Positions 1 to 9,400 of a DNA stretch of 45,416 bases are shown piece by piece. Positions within the stretch are counted from its first letter, which is position 1. The number at the start of each line of letters is the position of its first letter. The notes beneath the pieces are model-generated. The model was not told where the DNA came from. It ran no database searches and saw only the letters and a program-made list of their open reading frames with translations. Origin of the DNA: Candidatus Coatesbacteria bacterium (GTDB taxonomy: Bacteria; JAFGND01); contig JAFGND010000087.1 of assembly GCA_016927185.1 (NCBI GenBank), forward strand, positions 1 to 45,416. The letters run 5' to 3'. The position numbers and the translations under genes were made by a program.

Positions 1-48
1 GATGGCAGGGAGATAGACAAACGGGAAGAGAAGGGGTTGGGAGAGATG
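1..48. repeat. 48-nt exact repeat, copy 1 (truncated by window edge); encodes the start of the sorting domain
   Basis: gatggcagggagatagacaaacgggaagagaaggggttgggagagatg is identical to 1891-1938. Confidence 0.95.
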
Positions 49-1730
49 CTGAACTCCTTGATTGGAAAGTAGGATGCTGTTTTATTATCTTTGAAACCTG
101 TTCCACTATTTATTTCAAATACTGCATCGCTTTTATCGGTTGGCTTGCTAAATGCAGTGTTTGTAATCCTTACAAGACACTGGGTTGATGGAGTATTAGG
201 GACTTTCCAGCTATATGTTCCACTTGAGGCATTTTCTTGTGTTATTTCCATGAAAGAAGAGCCATTATCAGTTGAGTATTCGATAATAACACTATCAATA
301 TTTGTTGTTGCATTCCATTTGATTGCATAAACTGAATCAGCATACAATTTTTCTCCTCCATTTGGATATACTACTGTCAGTTCTCCTTCTGAAATTGTAA
401 AAACTGCGTCACTCGTATCTGAGACATTTCCCATGTGATTGGTTATCTGAACCTTAGCCTGATCAGTTGTCTGCATCCATGGTATTTTCCATGAATAAAG
501 CCCATTTCCTTCAGCAGGATCAGAAAAGGTATTTATTGATATCCATTCTTTTCCATCATTGGTTGAATAGTAAATTCTTATGCTGTCTGTGTCTGTTGAA
601 TTCCAAACAATATCATGTGAAGTATTACATAGCCATTTTTCTTTTCCATTTGGTGAGATAATCTGCATATTACTGGATTGGACTGCATATAAGTATGTAT
701 CAGTACTTCCAACAAAAAGCACTCCATCTGAAATGCTTGGGGAAGACCAGCCAATATCACCTGATGTTCTATATTTCCATTGAAATATTCCCTTGTCTGC
801 ATTCTTTATTGAATAAACAGAATGGCTAGTTCCATAACCACCAATATATACAATATTATCTGAATAGCATGGAGTATCAGATATAGGACCTTCAATCATG
901 AAACGCCATTTTAAAATCCCGCTATCTTCATTTATTGCATAAAGCATCAAATCATTCCCACCAATAAAAACAACTCCATCTGAAACGCAAGGAGATGAAT
1001 TAATTCCACCTCCATATCCTGCCTTGTATCTCCATTTCAGGGAACCATCTGAGCTATTCAATGCATAAACATACCCATCACCACTTGCAAAAAAGACAAC
1101 ATTGTTTGAAAAACAAGGGGAAGTATCGATTGAATTACCTGTTTGATATTTCCATTTAAGTGAACCATTTGAGCAATTTATTGCATAGAAATTATTATCA
1201 TGACTACCTATATAAATGATATTGTCTGACACTAAGGGAGAGGAAGTGACATCGTCATTAGTCTTATATCTCCAGTTAAGTCTTCCATCTTTTTTATCCA
1301 GTGAGTATATAAAATCATCACAACTTCCGAAATATACAGAACTATCTGATATATAAGGGGAAGATACTATTGATCCAGATTTGAATTTCCATATAACAGA
1401 GCCATTTGATGCATCAATTGCATGGAAAAAATAGTAATTCATTGACTGATCATTGTATTCTCCGCTTCCTATATAAACGACTCCATCTGAGATGCATGGA
1501 GAAGATCTATCTACTGGAGATAACAAAAAGCATTTCCATATAAGCGTGCCTTTCACAGCATCAATTGCGTAAATGTATTTATCCGAGCTACCAACGAAGA
1601 TAGTATTGTTAGAGATTCGTGGAGATGAACTGATAATATCATCTGTTTTGAACTTCCAGATTAAATCTCCTGGTAATGAAAAAAGAGAAGTGGCAATTAC
1701 CAGAATTAGGATTATAATAGTGATTTTCAT
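1..1730 (-). CDS. Secreted PQQ-like (BamB-type) beta-propeller protein with two PNGGE-type domains and a T9SS-like C-terminal sorting domain; 3' end runs off the window
   Basis: Absent from the ORF track because its stop is outside the window. ATG at 1730 follows AAGGAG and reads MKITIIILILVIATSLFSLPGDLIWKFKTDDIISSSP (signal peptide), then repeated W-K-x-K-T..SSP..D..VY.GS.D...YA blades, SPNGKE and YPNGGE domains, ending in frame at ISPNPFSSRLSISLP. Confidence 0.9.
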   Translation of the reverse strand, partial: MKITIIILILVIATSLFSLPGDLIWKFKTDDIISSSPRISNNTIFVGSSDKYIYAIDAVKGTLIWKCFLLSPVDRSSPCISDGVVYIGSGEYNDQSMNYYFFHAIDASNGSVIWKFKSGSIVSSPYISDSSVYFGSCDDFIYSLDKKDGRLNWRYKTNDDVTSSPLVSDNIIYIGSHDNNFYAINCSNGSLKWKYQTGNSIDTSPCFSNNVVFFASGDGYVYALNSSDGSLKWRYKAGYGGGINSSPCVSDGVVFIGGNDLMLYAINEDSGILKWRFMIEGPISDTPCYSDNIVYIGGYGTSHSVYSIKNADKGIFQWKYRTSGDIGWSSPSISDGVLFVGSTDTYLYAVQSSNMQIISPNGKEKWLCNTSHDIVWNSTDTDSIRIYYSTNDGKEWISINTFSDPAEGNGLYSWKIPWMQTTDQAKVQITNHMGNVSDTSDAVFTISEGELTVVYPNGGEKLYADSVYAIKWNATTNIDSVIIEYSTDNGSSFMEITQENASSGTYSWKVPNTPSTQCLVRITNTAFSKPTDKSDAVFEINSGTGFKDNKTASYFPIKEFSISPNPFSSRLSISLP

Positions 1731-1745
1731 TTCATTTCTCCTTAT

Positions 1746-3062
1746 TTACCTGACCTTCACAACCCTCTTCATTTCTTTCCCTGACTTAACAATATAAACT
1801 CCCTGTTTCCATTTGCTTGTATCAAGAGAGTGCTTGCCCTTGGGGAACTTCATAATCAGTTGACCTGTAAGGGAATAGATTGCTCCTGACGATGGCAGGG
1901 AGATAGACAAACGGGAAGAGAAGGGGTTGGGAGAGATGGAAATATAATATAAAGGCTGTTTTGTTGATGTTTTTGAAATTCTGAAATTTGTATAATCATC
2001 AGTTTGCAATGCATAGAAATTGAAATCGCAGCTTCCAAAATATACTGCCCCATTATAAATGCATGGAGAAGAAAAAACCCAGCCAGCAGTCTGAAAATTC
2101 CACCTGAGAGTTCCATCATTAATATTTACTGCATAAAAATAGTAATCATCGCTTCCTGTATAGAGTATTCCATTATAAATGCATGGTGATGAATAACTGA
2201 TTGAACTTCCAGTGGGATATTTCCAGACAAGATTCCCATCTGCTGCATTTATCGCATAAATGAAAGAATCATAACTGCCAACAAAAACAAGACTGTCTGA
2301 TACTGAAGGTGATGAGCAGTATATGATTCCATCCATTATATAAGTCCATTTAAGGGAACCATCTGCAATTCTTAATGCATAAAGATAACCATCAGTATAA
2401 CTGCCATTGAAATTGCCGATATATATTAAGCTGTCTGTTATGCATGGTGAGGAAAGTATTGGAGCATTTGTCTTGTATTGCCATTTCAATGAAGCATCTA
2501 TTGCCCCAAGTGCATACAGATTTGTATCCCAGCTGCCAAAATAGACAATTCCATCCTTCAGGCGAGGTGATGACTGGACTTCTCCTTCTGTCTTGTATTT
2601 CCATACCATTCCGCCACTTGAACAGTCAATTGCATAAAGATAGGAATCATTACTTCCTGTATAAACTATTCCATCAGCTTCAGAAGGCGAAGAGAAAATC
2701 GTATTTCCAGTAAGTAACTTCCATTTTATGCTGCCATCTTCCCTGGAAAGACAATAGAAAAAGCAATCCCAGCATCCGAAAAAGACTGAACTGTCAGTAA
2801 CACATGGTGATGAATATATAAGGTTTCCAGCATAGTATTTCCACTCAAGTGATGCATCAATGGCATTTAATGCATATAAATAACCGTCGTTGCTGCCAAA
2901 ATAAACAACATCATCTGCTATACAGGGAGATGACCATATCTGGCTTCCGGTTTTATATTTCCAGATAATTTCTCCCTGAGATGCAGAAAGTGTATCAATA
3001 ATCGAAATGAAAAGTAAAATCAATGTGATTCTGAGAATACTCCCCTGGATTCTTTCCCTCAT
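1746..3062 (-). CDS. Secreted PQQ-like beta-propeller protein with T9SS-like C-terminal sorting domain
   Basis: Signal peptide; eight WKYKT..I.SSPC..D..VYFGS.D..LYA repeats; C-terminus SPNPF...GVYIVK...KRVVKVR. Confidence 0.92.
   Translation of the reverse strand: MRERIQGSILRITLILLFISIIDTLSASQGEIIWKYKTGSQIWSSPCIADDVVYFGSNDGYLYALNAIDASLEWKYYAGNLIYSSPCVTDSSVFFGCWDCFFYCLSREDGSIKWKLLTGNTIFSSPSEADGIVYTGSNDSYLYAIDCSSGGMVWKYKTEGEVQSSPRLKDGIVYFGSWDTNLYALGAIDASLKWQYKTNAPILSSPCITDSLIYIGNFNGSYTDGYLYALRIADGSLKWTYIMDGIIYCSSPSVSDSLVFVGSYDSFIYAINAADGNLVWKYPTGSSISYSSPCIYNGILYTGSDDYYFYAVNINDGTLRWNFQTAGWVFSSPCIYNGAVYFGSCDFNFYALQTDDYTNFRISKTSTKQPLYYISISPNPFSSRLSISLPSSGAIYSLTGQLIMKFPKGKHSLDTSKWKQGVYIVKSGKEMKRVVKVR
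1891..1938. repeat. 48-nt exact repeat, copy 2
   Basis: Identical to 1-48. Confidence 0.95.
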
Positions 3063-3294
3063 AATTCCTTCCCCTGACCTTTAAAATATTTCAATATAAA
3101 GTCTTCACGCAATTTTCAAAACGTAATAAGGCTTACAAAAATACAAGCAAATTTTGTGCCAGAATCATGAAGCAGTCTGTATGGGTGTTTCTAATATGTG
3201 AATTTTATAACTTAGAAAAAATATTCCTCATTTTGAAAAGGTTATCACTTTAGAAGTTTTTAAAAAAAGTTTCAGTGAATTGATTAGTAGGTCT

Positions 3295-4560
3295 TCAGAA
3301 TAAGAAAGTCTTAATTTTTGAAAGGGATTTTGCCATGAACAATGTAGAATTGATTCCTGAAGCACTTCTTCCCTGAGGGATGAAGAATGTCTTGTTCCAT
3401 CCTTCAAGCTTACTCAGATCATCTACGATGAATTTTCCGCATTTTTTTGCAGTTTCGTATAAGTGACTGCCGGGGAATGGGATGCAAGGCTGGAAAACAA
3501 TCCTGTCAGCATCCAGAGACAAGCCATACTTGATTGTTGAAACGGAATCTGAAAACTTTTCGCCAGGAATGCCAACAAGAAAAGATACAGTTGTTTTTAT
3601 GCCTGTTTCTCTTGTAAGCCTTATCTTCTGTTTCACTTCAGCTAGATCATTGTGAAATCTTAATATGTCCATGAGATGCTTTCTTGTTGTTGCGACTCCG
3701 TAAAAAATGCTTTTGCAGCCAGATGCCTTCATTGACTGAAGAAGTTCCTTGTCAACATGCCTGACCCTTGTATAGCACGACCAGCTTATATTCTTGAAAG
3801 AGCTGCAGATAGCCTTGCAGATATCAAGTGTCCTGCTCCTGTTCAATCCGAAGGTCTCATCATAAAATTCGAAACTTGATGCACCATATTTGTAAGAGAG
3901 TATGCTCATTTCATCAATCACTCTTGAAACCGAATATTCCCTGACTGTTCCTTCCTCATTCGTTCTCGAAGGGCAGTTTGCGCAATTATATGGACATCCC
4001 CTGAAAGTTGAAATATGACCAGTAGATATTGGTTTTTCCCTGTAAAAAAACTCCCATGCAGGATAGGGAAGATCATCAAGATTGTGCATTATGCTGCTTT
4101 CAGAAGAGAGTTTCAGACTGTTTTCTTCCTTCCAGATAGAATTAGGGATGTCTGTTAATGGATTGCCATTTGAAATTTTTTCTAAAATATGTTCAAAAGC
4201 AATTTCTCCTTCGCCTTTTATTATCATATCAACTGGATAGTTGAACAGAATGTCTTCAGGAAAGTTTGCAGCGTGCACTCCCCCGAAAACTATTTTCATA
4301 TCAGGTTTTCTTTCTTTTATCCAGCATGCAAGTGACAAGCATTGCTCGATATTAGTGGCAAAAGTCTGCATTCCAACAAGATTGAATTCATCAAGATTAG
4401 CTTCCAGTTCTTCTGCGATTTCCTTCCAGGTTTTCTTGAAAAAGACTGATACTGAAAAGCCTTTTTTCTGAGCAATTGCAGCAAGATAAGAAAGCCCTAT
4501 TGGAAGGAAATGCAGTTTTGTAAGTATCTTTGTTGATGGGAGAATGAGGGCAATCTTCAT
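3295..4560 (-). CDS. Cobalamin-binding radical SAM protein
   Basis: N-terminal B12-binding region (PIGLSYLAA, IVFGGVHA, GEGE), NLDDLPYP linker, RGCPYNCANC motif, FYDETF. Confidence 0.9.
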   Translation of the reverse strand: MKIALILPSTKILTKLHFLPIGLSYLAAIAQKKGFSVSVFFKKTWKEIAEELEANLDEFNLVGMQTFATNIEQCLSLACWIKERKPDMKIVFGGVHAANFPEDILFNYPVDMIIKGEGEIAFEHILEKISNGNPLTDIPNSIWKEENSLKLSSESSIMHNLDDLPYPAWEFFYREKPISTGHISTFRGCPYNCANCPSRTNEEGTVREYSVSRVIDEMSILSYKYGASSFEFYDETFGLNRSRTLDICKAICSSFKNISWSCYTRVRHVDKELLQSMKASGCKSIFYGVATTRKHLMDILRFHNDLAEVKQKIRLTRETGIKTTVSFLVGIPGEKFSDSVSTIKYGLSLDADRIVFQPCIPFPGSHLYETAKKCGKFIVDDLSKLEGWNKTFFIPQGRSASGINSTLFMAKSLSKIKTFLF

Positions 4561-4567
4561 ATAGAAA

Positions 4568-5212
4568 CTATAATATCTCCCAACTGAAAGATCCTATTGA
4601 AGGGCTTTGTATAGTTATCCTGTCCCCCTTCATTAATGATGCAACGCCAGATGGAGTTCCAGTAAAAATAAGATCCCCTTCAAGAAGCTTCCATACAGAA
4701 GAAATTGCCATTATCAGATTTTCTATAGAGAATATCATGTCACTGGAATTTCCTTGCTGCCTGATTTCATTGTTAACAATGCAAGTGAATGCTATATTAT
4801 GAATTACTATATTTTCTACAGGCATAAAATCTCCAAGTGGGGCACTGTAATCAAATGCTTTTGAAAGCTCCCATGGCTGTCCCTTATCCTTGAGTATGTT
4901 CTGAACATCCCTCAATGTCAAATCCAGTCCCAGAGATACTCCTGAAATGAATGATTTAGCATCATCAAGTGAAACGGGCTTACCTTCTTTTCCAATTAGA
5001 TAAACTATTTCCACTTCATGATGAAGATCCTTCCCTGATGATGGGAAGGGGATTTGTATATCCTTTTCAACAAGGCAGGTATTCGGTTTCAAGAATATTA
5101 CAGGAGATTTCGGGGTTTCGCTTTTCATCTCTTTTATATGATCAGCATAATTACGTCCAATACAGAATACTCTTTGTGGATTATAAACCTTGTTCTTCAA
5201 TTTAATTTCCAT
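4568..5212 (-). CDS. Fumarylacetoacetate hydrolase family protein
   Basis: CIGRNYADH, FLKP, HHEVE, DLTLRDVQ, SKAFD, GDLIFTGTPSGV motifs. Confidence 0.93.
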   Translation of the reverse strand: MEIKLKNKVYNPQRVFCIGRNYADHIKEMKSETPKSPVIFLKPNTCLVEKDIQIPFPSSGKDLHHEVEIVYLIGKEGKPVSLDDAKSFISGVSLGLDLTLRDVQNILKDKGQPWELSKAFDYSAPLGDFMPVENIVIHNIAFTCIVNNEIRQQGNSSDMIFSIENLIMAISSVWKLLEGDLIFTGTPSGVASLMKGDRITIQSPSIGSFSWEIL

Positions 5213-5347
5213 CAGTCACCTTCCTTTCAAATGATGCTTTGTTTAATAGTCCAGTCTTTTTGTAAAGAATTATATTAAACATTAAAGAAATGAGCAACAA
5301 GAGGAAATATGAGTAACAAGATAAATATGTAACAGACTTATATACAA

Positions 5348-6463
5348 CTATTTAATATGGTTTAGAGCAAAACTTATTATATCTTTTGCAGCAAACGGTT
5401 TTCCAATTTTTCTGGCACATTCACTCATTTTTTCAAGCTTATCTTTGTTTTTGAAAAGATAATTGAGCTTGTGAATCAGTGAAGCAGGACTGTGAGCGAG
5501 TGTTGCTGAATCATTTTCCAGAAGATATATTGAATTGCATACTTCCTGACCAGGGATTGGGGCAATGATAAGCATAGGTAATCCTGCAGCCATGGCTTCC
5601 GAGGTTGTCAATCCTCCAGCCTTTGATATCAGAAGATCGCTTGCAGCCATCAATATATGCATATTGCTTACAATACCATAGACCTTCAGATTCTCGTTTT
5701 TTGATGCAATTTCATTTGCCTTTTTGTAAGCCTTCCTGTCTTCAGCAATAGCTGCAATGACAGTAACTTCCTTGCCCAATTTCAGGGAAGATTCAATTGC
5801 AATAAACAGATTCTCAGGTCTTTCCCACCTTGTTGTCGTAAGTATATAAAAACCATAGGGATTCAAGCCAAGATCCAGTCTTGCTTTCATCTTGTCAGGC
5901 AAATCAGTGAAAGCTGGATTTATCGGAATGCCAGTTACCATTATTTTATTTTCATCATATCCTTTGTTATGTAGCATGGATTTTACTTCATCATCAGGAA
6001 CGAAATAGAAATCCAGATCCTTCATAAACCAGTAATTATGTATATCATGGTCAGTTACAACGCAGAACAGAGGAGCACTTATATTTTCTCGCTCTCTTAT
6101 TCTGAGAATAAGCTGAACAGGAAGAAAATGGGTAGCAATAATCGCATCAGGATTATATTTTTTTATTTCCTTGATTACTCTTGATGAACAAAGTTCAGTT
6201 AACCATTCCTGGAACTTCCTGTTACTGAATGCCCCTCTTTCAGCTCTGTCATAAAAGTAAGCCCACATCTCAGGCATTTTCTTTACCATTTCTTCATAGG
6301 AAGCAGTATAAAGCTTGCTGAAAAGAGGATTTATCCATTGAAGTATATCAATATTCAGTACTTCGCATCTGGTTTCATCCATTCTGCATTGATTTTCAAG
6401 AGCTTCTGCAGCTGATTTATGCCCGTAACCTGCCTGGATTGAGAGAATTGCTATTTTTTTCAC
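5348..6463 (-). CDS. UgtP/MGDG synthase-like diacylglycerol glycosyltransferase (GT28)
   Basis: GYGHKSAA, ATHFLP, VVTDHDIH, TGIPI, SKAGGLTTSEA, PIPGQE motifs. Confidence 0.88.
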   Translation of the reverse strand: MKKIAILSIQAGYGHKSAAEALENQCRMDETRCEVLNIDILQWINPLFSKLYTASYEEMVKKMPEMWAYFYDRAERGAFSNRKFQEWLTELCSSRVIKEIKKYNPDAIIATHFLPVQLILRIRERENISAPLFCVVTDHDIHNYWFMKDLDFYFVPDDEVKSMLHNKGYDENKIMVTGIPINPAFTDLPDKMKARLDLGLNPYGFYILTTTRWERPENLFIAIESSLKLGKEVTVIAAIAEDRKAYKKANEIASKNENLKVYGIVSNMHILMAASDLLISKAGGLTTSEAMAAGLPMLIIAPIPGQEVCNSIYLLENDSATLAHSPASLIHKLNYLFKNKDKLEKMSECARKIGKPFAAKDIISFALNHIK

Positions 6464-6464
6464 A

Positions 6465-7976
6465 TTATTCTCTTATATATATGTAAGAGTGGGCTGTTTC
6501 AGGCAGGAATTGATAGGGAACTGTTTTATAAAGCTTGTAATGCTTTTTAAGAAGACTGAAAAAGTATTCCTGTTTTCCAAAACAAGGTCTGTTAGGTGGG
6601 AAGAAGATCTTGAAGGATTGATCAGATACTACAATCACAGAAGGCTTCCTGTTTTTTATTTCGTCAGCTATAATTCTGTCATTCAATACATGATAGTATC
6701 TGCATTGTTCTTCTGTATAATCAGGAAAATATTCGCAGTTTTCAGTTCCGGAAAGCATATCATGATTGGAAAACAATGCCAGTGTAGGTGTGTCATGCGA
6801 TAACATATAACCTTCACCTCTGGTTGCTTTCCTGATTTCATTTCCCACTTTCTGCAGATAAAGCATTATTGGTTTTCCTTCTATGAAGCGAATACTTCTT
6901 GTTCCATATTGAATATACCAGGCAAAGCCAAGCAGAATTATAGTCATTTTTGTGTTGTTTGTCAGTTTTCCTATCTCATTTTTCCATATATGGACAAATG
7001 CTACAGCGAGAAGCGAACATGAAAGAGGATAAAGTGAAGTGGAGTATGTTTCTTGTGTGTAATTTGCACTAAGATGACCTGCCGTTGTCAATGCAAGAGC
7101 TGCAGCCAATGCAAAATAATAGGGATTTCTTCTTATCATTTCAAGAGGATGTTTTGATATCCAGTAGAATACTGAAATTGCAAGCAGAAGCATGAAAAAG
7201 AAAAAATCCTGCATAGAAAGCCATATAAATTCGAATTTCCTCATGTAAAACAGGAAGTAGGTTGGGGGAGCAAACATTGTATGAAGCTTGAATGTATTCC
7301 AGTACATTCTTCCATCAGATAATATATAGAAAGGCAGATTAAACATCAAGAGGGTTATGATTCCACTCGCAAGAGCAAGAAGCATGTTTTTCGGTTTTTT
7401 CCATTCAGTTATTATATAGAAAAGGAGAATTACGCATAACATCGGAAGCATTGTCAGTCTGGATGATACTGACAGTGCAAAGAAGAATGGAGGCATGACA
7501 TACTTCAGGAATTTCGGTTTGCTCCAGAAATAACTGTCTGCTGCAATTAGCAGAAAGAGCATTACAGGAGTGAATGAGCGAACTATAACAGTGAAGTATA
7601 TTATGCAGGAGCAGAAAATATACAATGCTGTTGCAACAAAAACTGCATTTTCATCTCCGAATCTTCTTGTCAGTCTTCTTATAAAGAACATTATAAGAAA
7701 TCCGATAAGCAAGCCGATGAATCTTCCCGTAATAAATGGATAGCCGATGATTTTTATAAAAAAACCATACAAATACGGAAACAGGGGAGTCTGAATATAA
7801 AGAAAATCCCTGTATGGGATCATGCCATTATATACTATCTTTGATGCATAGATATAAGTAGATTCATCAGGATGAAGTATGCCTGCAAAAAGGTATGCAA
7901 TTCCCCATAAAATGTACAAACAATTGGAAAGCCAGAAGAATTTCATGTCCAGTTTTGCTGCTTTTTCTATTTCCAT
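6465..7976 (-). CDS. Multi-pass membrane GT-C fold glycosyltransferase (ArnT/PMT-like)
   Basis: DE motif after TM1 (HPDESTY), G.IPYRDF...TP.FPY loop, many hydrophobic segments, soluble C-terminal domain. Confidence 0.7.
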   Translation of the reverse strand: MEIEKAAKLDMKFFWLSNCLYILWGIAYLFAGILHPDESTYIYASKIVYNGMIPYRDFLYIQTPLFPYLYGFFIKIIGYPFITGRFIGLLIGFLIMFFIRRLTRRFGDENAVFVATALYIFCSCIIYFTVIVRSFTPVMLFLLIAADSYFWSKPKFLKYVMPPFFFALSVSSRLTMLPMLCVILLFYIITEWKKPKNMLLALASGIITLLMFNLPFYILSDGRMYWNTFKLHTMFAPPTYFLFYMRKFEFIWLSMQDFFFFMLLLAISVFYWISKHPLEMIRRNPYYFALAAALALTTAGHLSANYTQETYSTSLYPLSCSLLAVAFVHIWKNEIGKLTNNTKMTIILLGFAWYIQYGTRSIRFIEGKPIMLYLQKVGNEIRKATRGEGYMLSHDTPTLALFSNHDMLSGTENCEYFPDYTEEQCRYYHVLNDRIIADEIKNRKPSVIVVSDQSFKIFFPPNRPCFGKQEYFFSLLKKHYKLYKTVPYQFLPETAHSYIYIRE

Positions 7977-8147
7977 TACAAGAACAAGCCATATATAGTT
8001 ATAAATGCGTCAAGAATAAGTTGACTGGAAGTAATAATATCTTGCAGGAAATAACAATATCTTAAATATATAATATTGGATTAGAGTTTTTTATATATTT
8101 TAACTCGTTAAAAAGCATTAATGCAGCTCAGAGAATAAGGATTTATT

Positions 8148-8160
8148 TTTTTTCTTGACA
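8148..8160 (+). promoter_or_regulatory. Probable sigma70 -35 element (T-tract plus TTGACA)
   Basis: TTGACA at 8155-8160, about 30 nt before the radical SAM ATG; no canonical -10 at 17 nt. Confidence 0.4.
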
Positions 8161-8189
8161 GAAAACACCTCTATTAAAAGAGAAAAGTC

Positions 8190-9251
8190 ATGATAGACAC
8201 AAAGACAATCAATCTGGCATTTAAAGCCGGTAGAAATCTCTTTTATCAAAATTTCTATATGAAAACAGGAATAAATTTATTAAAACCAACTAACTTCTAT
8301 AGCATAATAAATGAGTTTTGTAATGCAAGATGCAAAATCTGTGACATGTGGACAAGAAATAAGATAATAGATCTGCCAGCAGAAATATGGATAAAGCATC
8401 TTGAAAGTATACATGACTGGCTTGGAAGATATTATATCAGCTTTTCAGGAGGAGAACCATTAATCAAGAAGGATTTTTTTAATATACTTGAATTTTGTAA
8501 TCAGAAAGGTATTTCCTGTGGAGTTGTAACTAATTCTATAAAAATTGATAAGCAAATGGCCGAAGAATTGATAAAACTGAGAGTATTCAATATCAGTATA
8601 AGTGTAGATGGAGCAAAAGCAGAGACTCATGATTATTTGAGAGGAGTACCAGGTCTTTTTGATCACGTTATAGAAGTAGTTTCTTATCTGAAAGATGCAA
8701 AAGAAAAAAATAAGGTCCCATTAAGGATAATATTCAAGACTGTAGTTAATAGCAGAAATCTTGAAGAGATTCCTGATATAATAAGGTTGGTCGAAAAATT
8801 GGGCATAACAGGAGTTATGTTTCAACCAGTTTTTAAGTGGACTGAAGCTACAAAAAATGAGCTCTGGGTAAAAGATATAGAGACTTTAGATAAGGTTATT
8901 AGAGAAGTAATTAAACTTTACAAAAATGGATCTCCAATACTAGTTTCTCAAGATACAATTCAATTATGGAGAAACCACTTTCTTGAAGAAAAGCTTGAAC
9001 CTAAAAGAATCTGCAATATTGGATTGAATAACTATTTAATGCAATGGGATGGAAAGGTCTTTCTCTGTACTTTTTTTCCAAGTATAGGGAATTTATCCGA
9101 GACAAAAGCAAAAGATATTTGGTATTCTGAAAAAGCAGAAAATATCAGAAAAGCAACAATTAATTGCAGGAAAACTTGTTTAAATACTTGTACCTCAAAG
9201 AAAAGTATTAACGATAGGCTAAAGCAGTTTTTTCAATTATTGAAATCCTAA
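8190..9251 (+). CDS. Radical SAM protein with C-terminal SPASM/twitch domain
   Basis: CNARCKIC, SGGEPL, SISVDG...HDYLRG, C-terminal CNIG...DGKVFLC...IGNL...IW...CRKTCLNTC. Confidence 0.9.
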   Translation: MIDTKTINLAFKAGRNLFYQNFYMKTGINLLKPTNFYSIINEFCNARCKICDMWTRNKIIDLPAEIWIKHLESIHDWLGRYYISFSGGEPLIKKDFFNILEFCNQKGISCGVVTNSIKIDKQMAEELIKLRVFNISISVDGAKAETHDYLRGVPGLFDHVIEVVSYLKDAKEKNKVPLRIIFKTVVNSRNLEEIPDIIRLVEKLGITGVMFQPVFKWTEATKNELWVKDIETLDKVIREVIKLYKNGSPILVSQDTIQLWRNHFLEEKLEPKRICNIGLNNYLMQWDGKVFLCTFFPSIGNLSETKAKDIWYSEKAENIRKATINCRKTCLNTCTSKKSINDRLKQFFQLLKS

Positions 9252-9400
9252 GTTTTCTTATTAATCAGCTGATTTCTGATATATTTAAAACACGAAGTAT
9301 ATTTTCTAAACTAATTATTTATATAAATTCAAAGTATTTTAGATCAGGATCTTCATAACTATTGACAGGAAATTGCCTTTTTAGAGGAAATGATGTTGAA

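Noticed and set aside
91-1797. Short ORFs in the track at 91-330, 467-661, 578-802, 580-783 and 1573-1797
   Set aside because: Shadows of the long minus-strand beta-propeller gene 1-1730
1-1938. Diversity-generating retroelement template/variable repeat pair
   Set aside because: Copies are identical with no adenine-specific mismatches, and no reverse transcriptase is in the window
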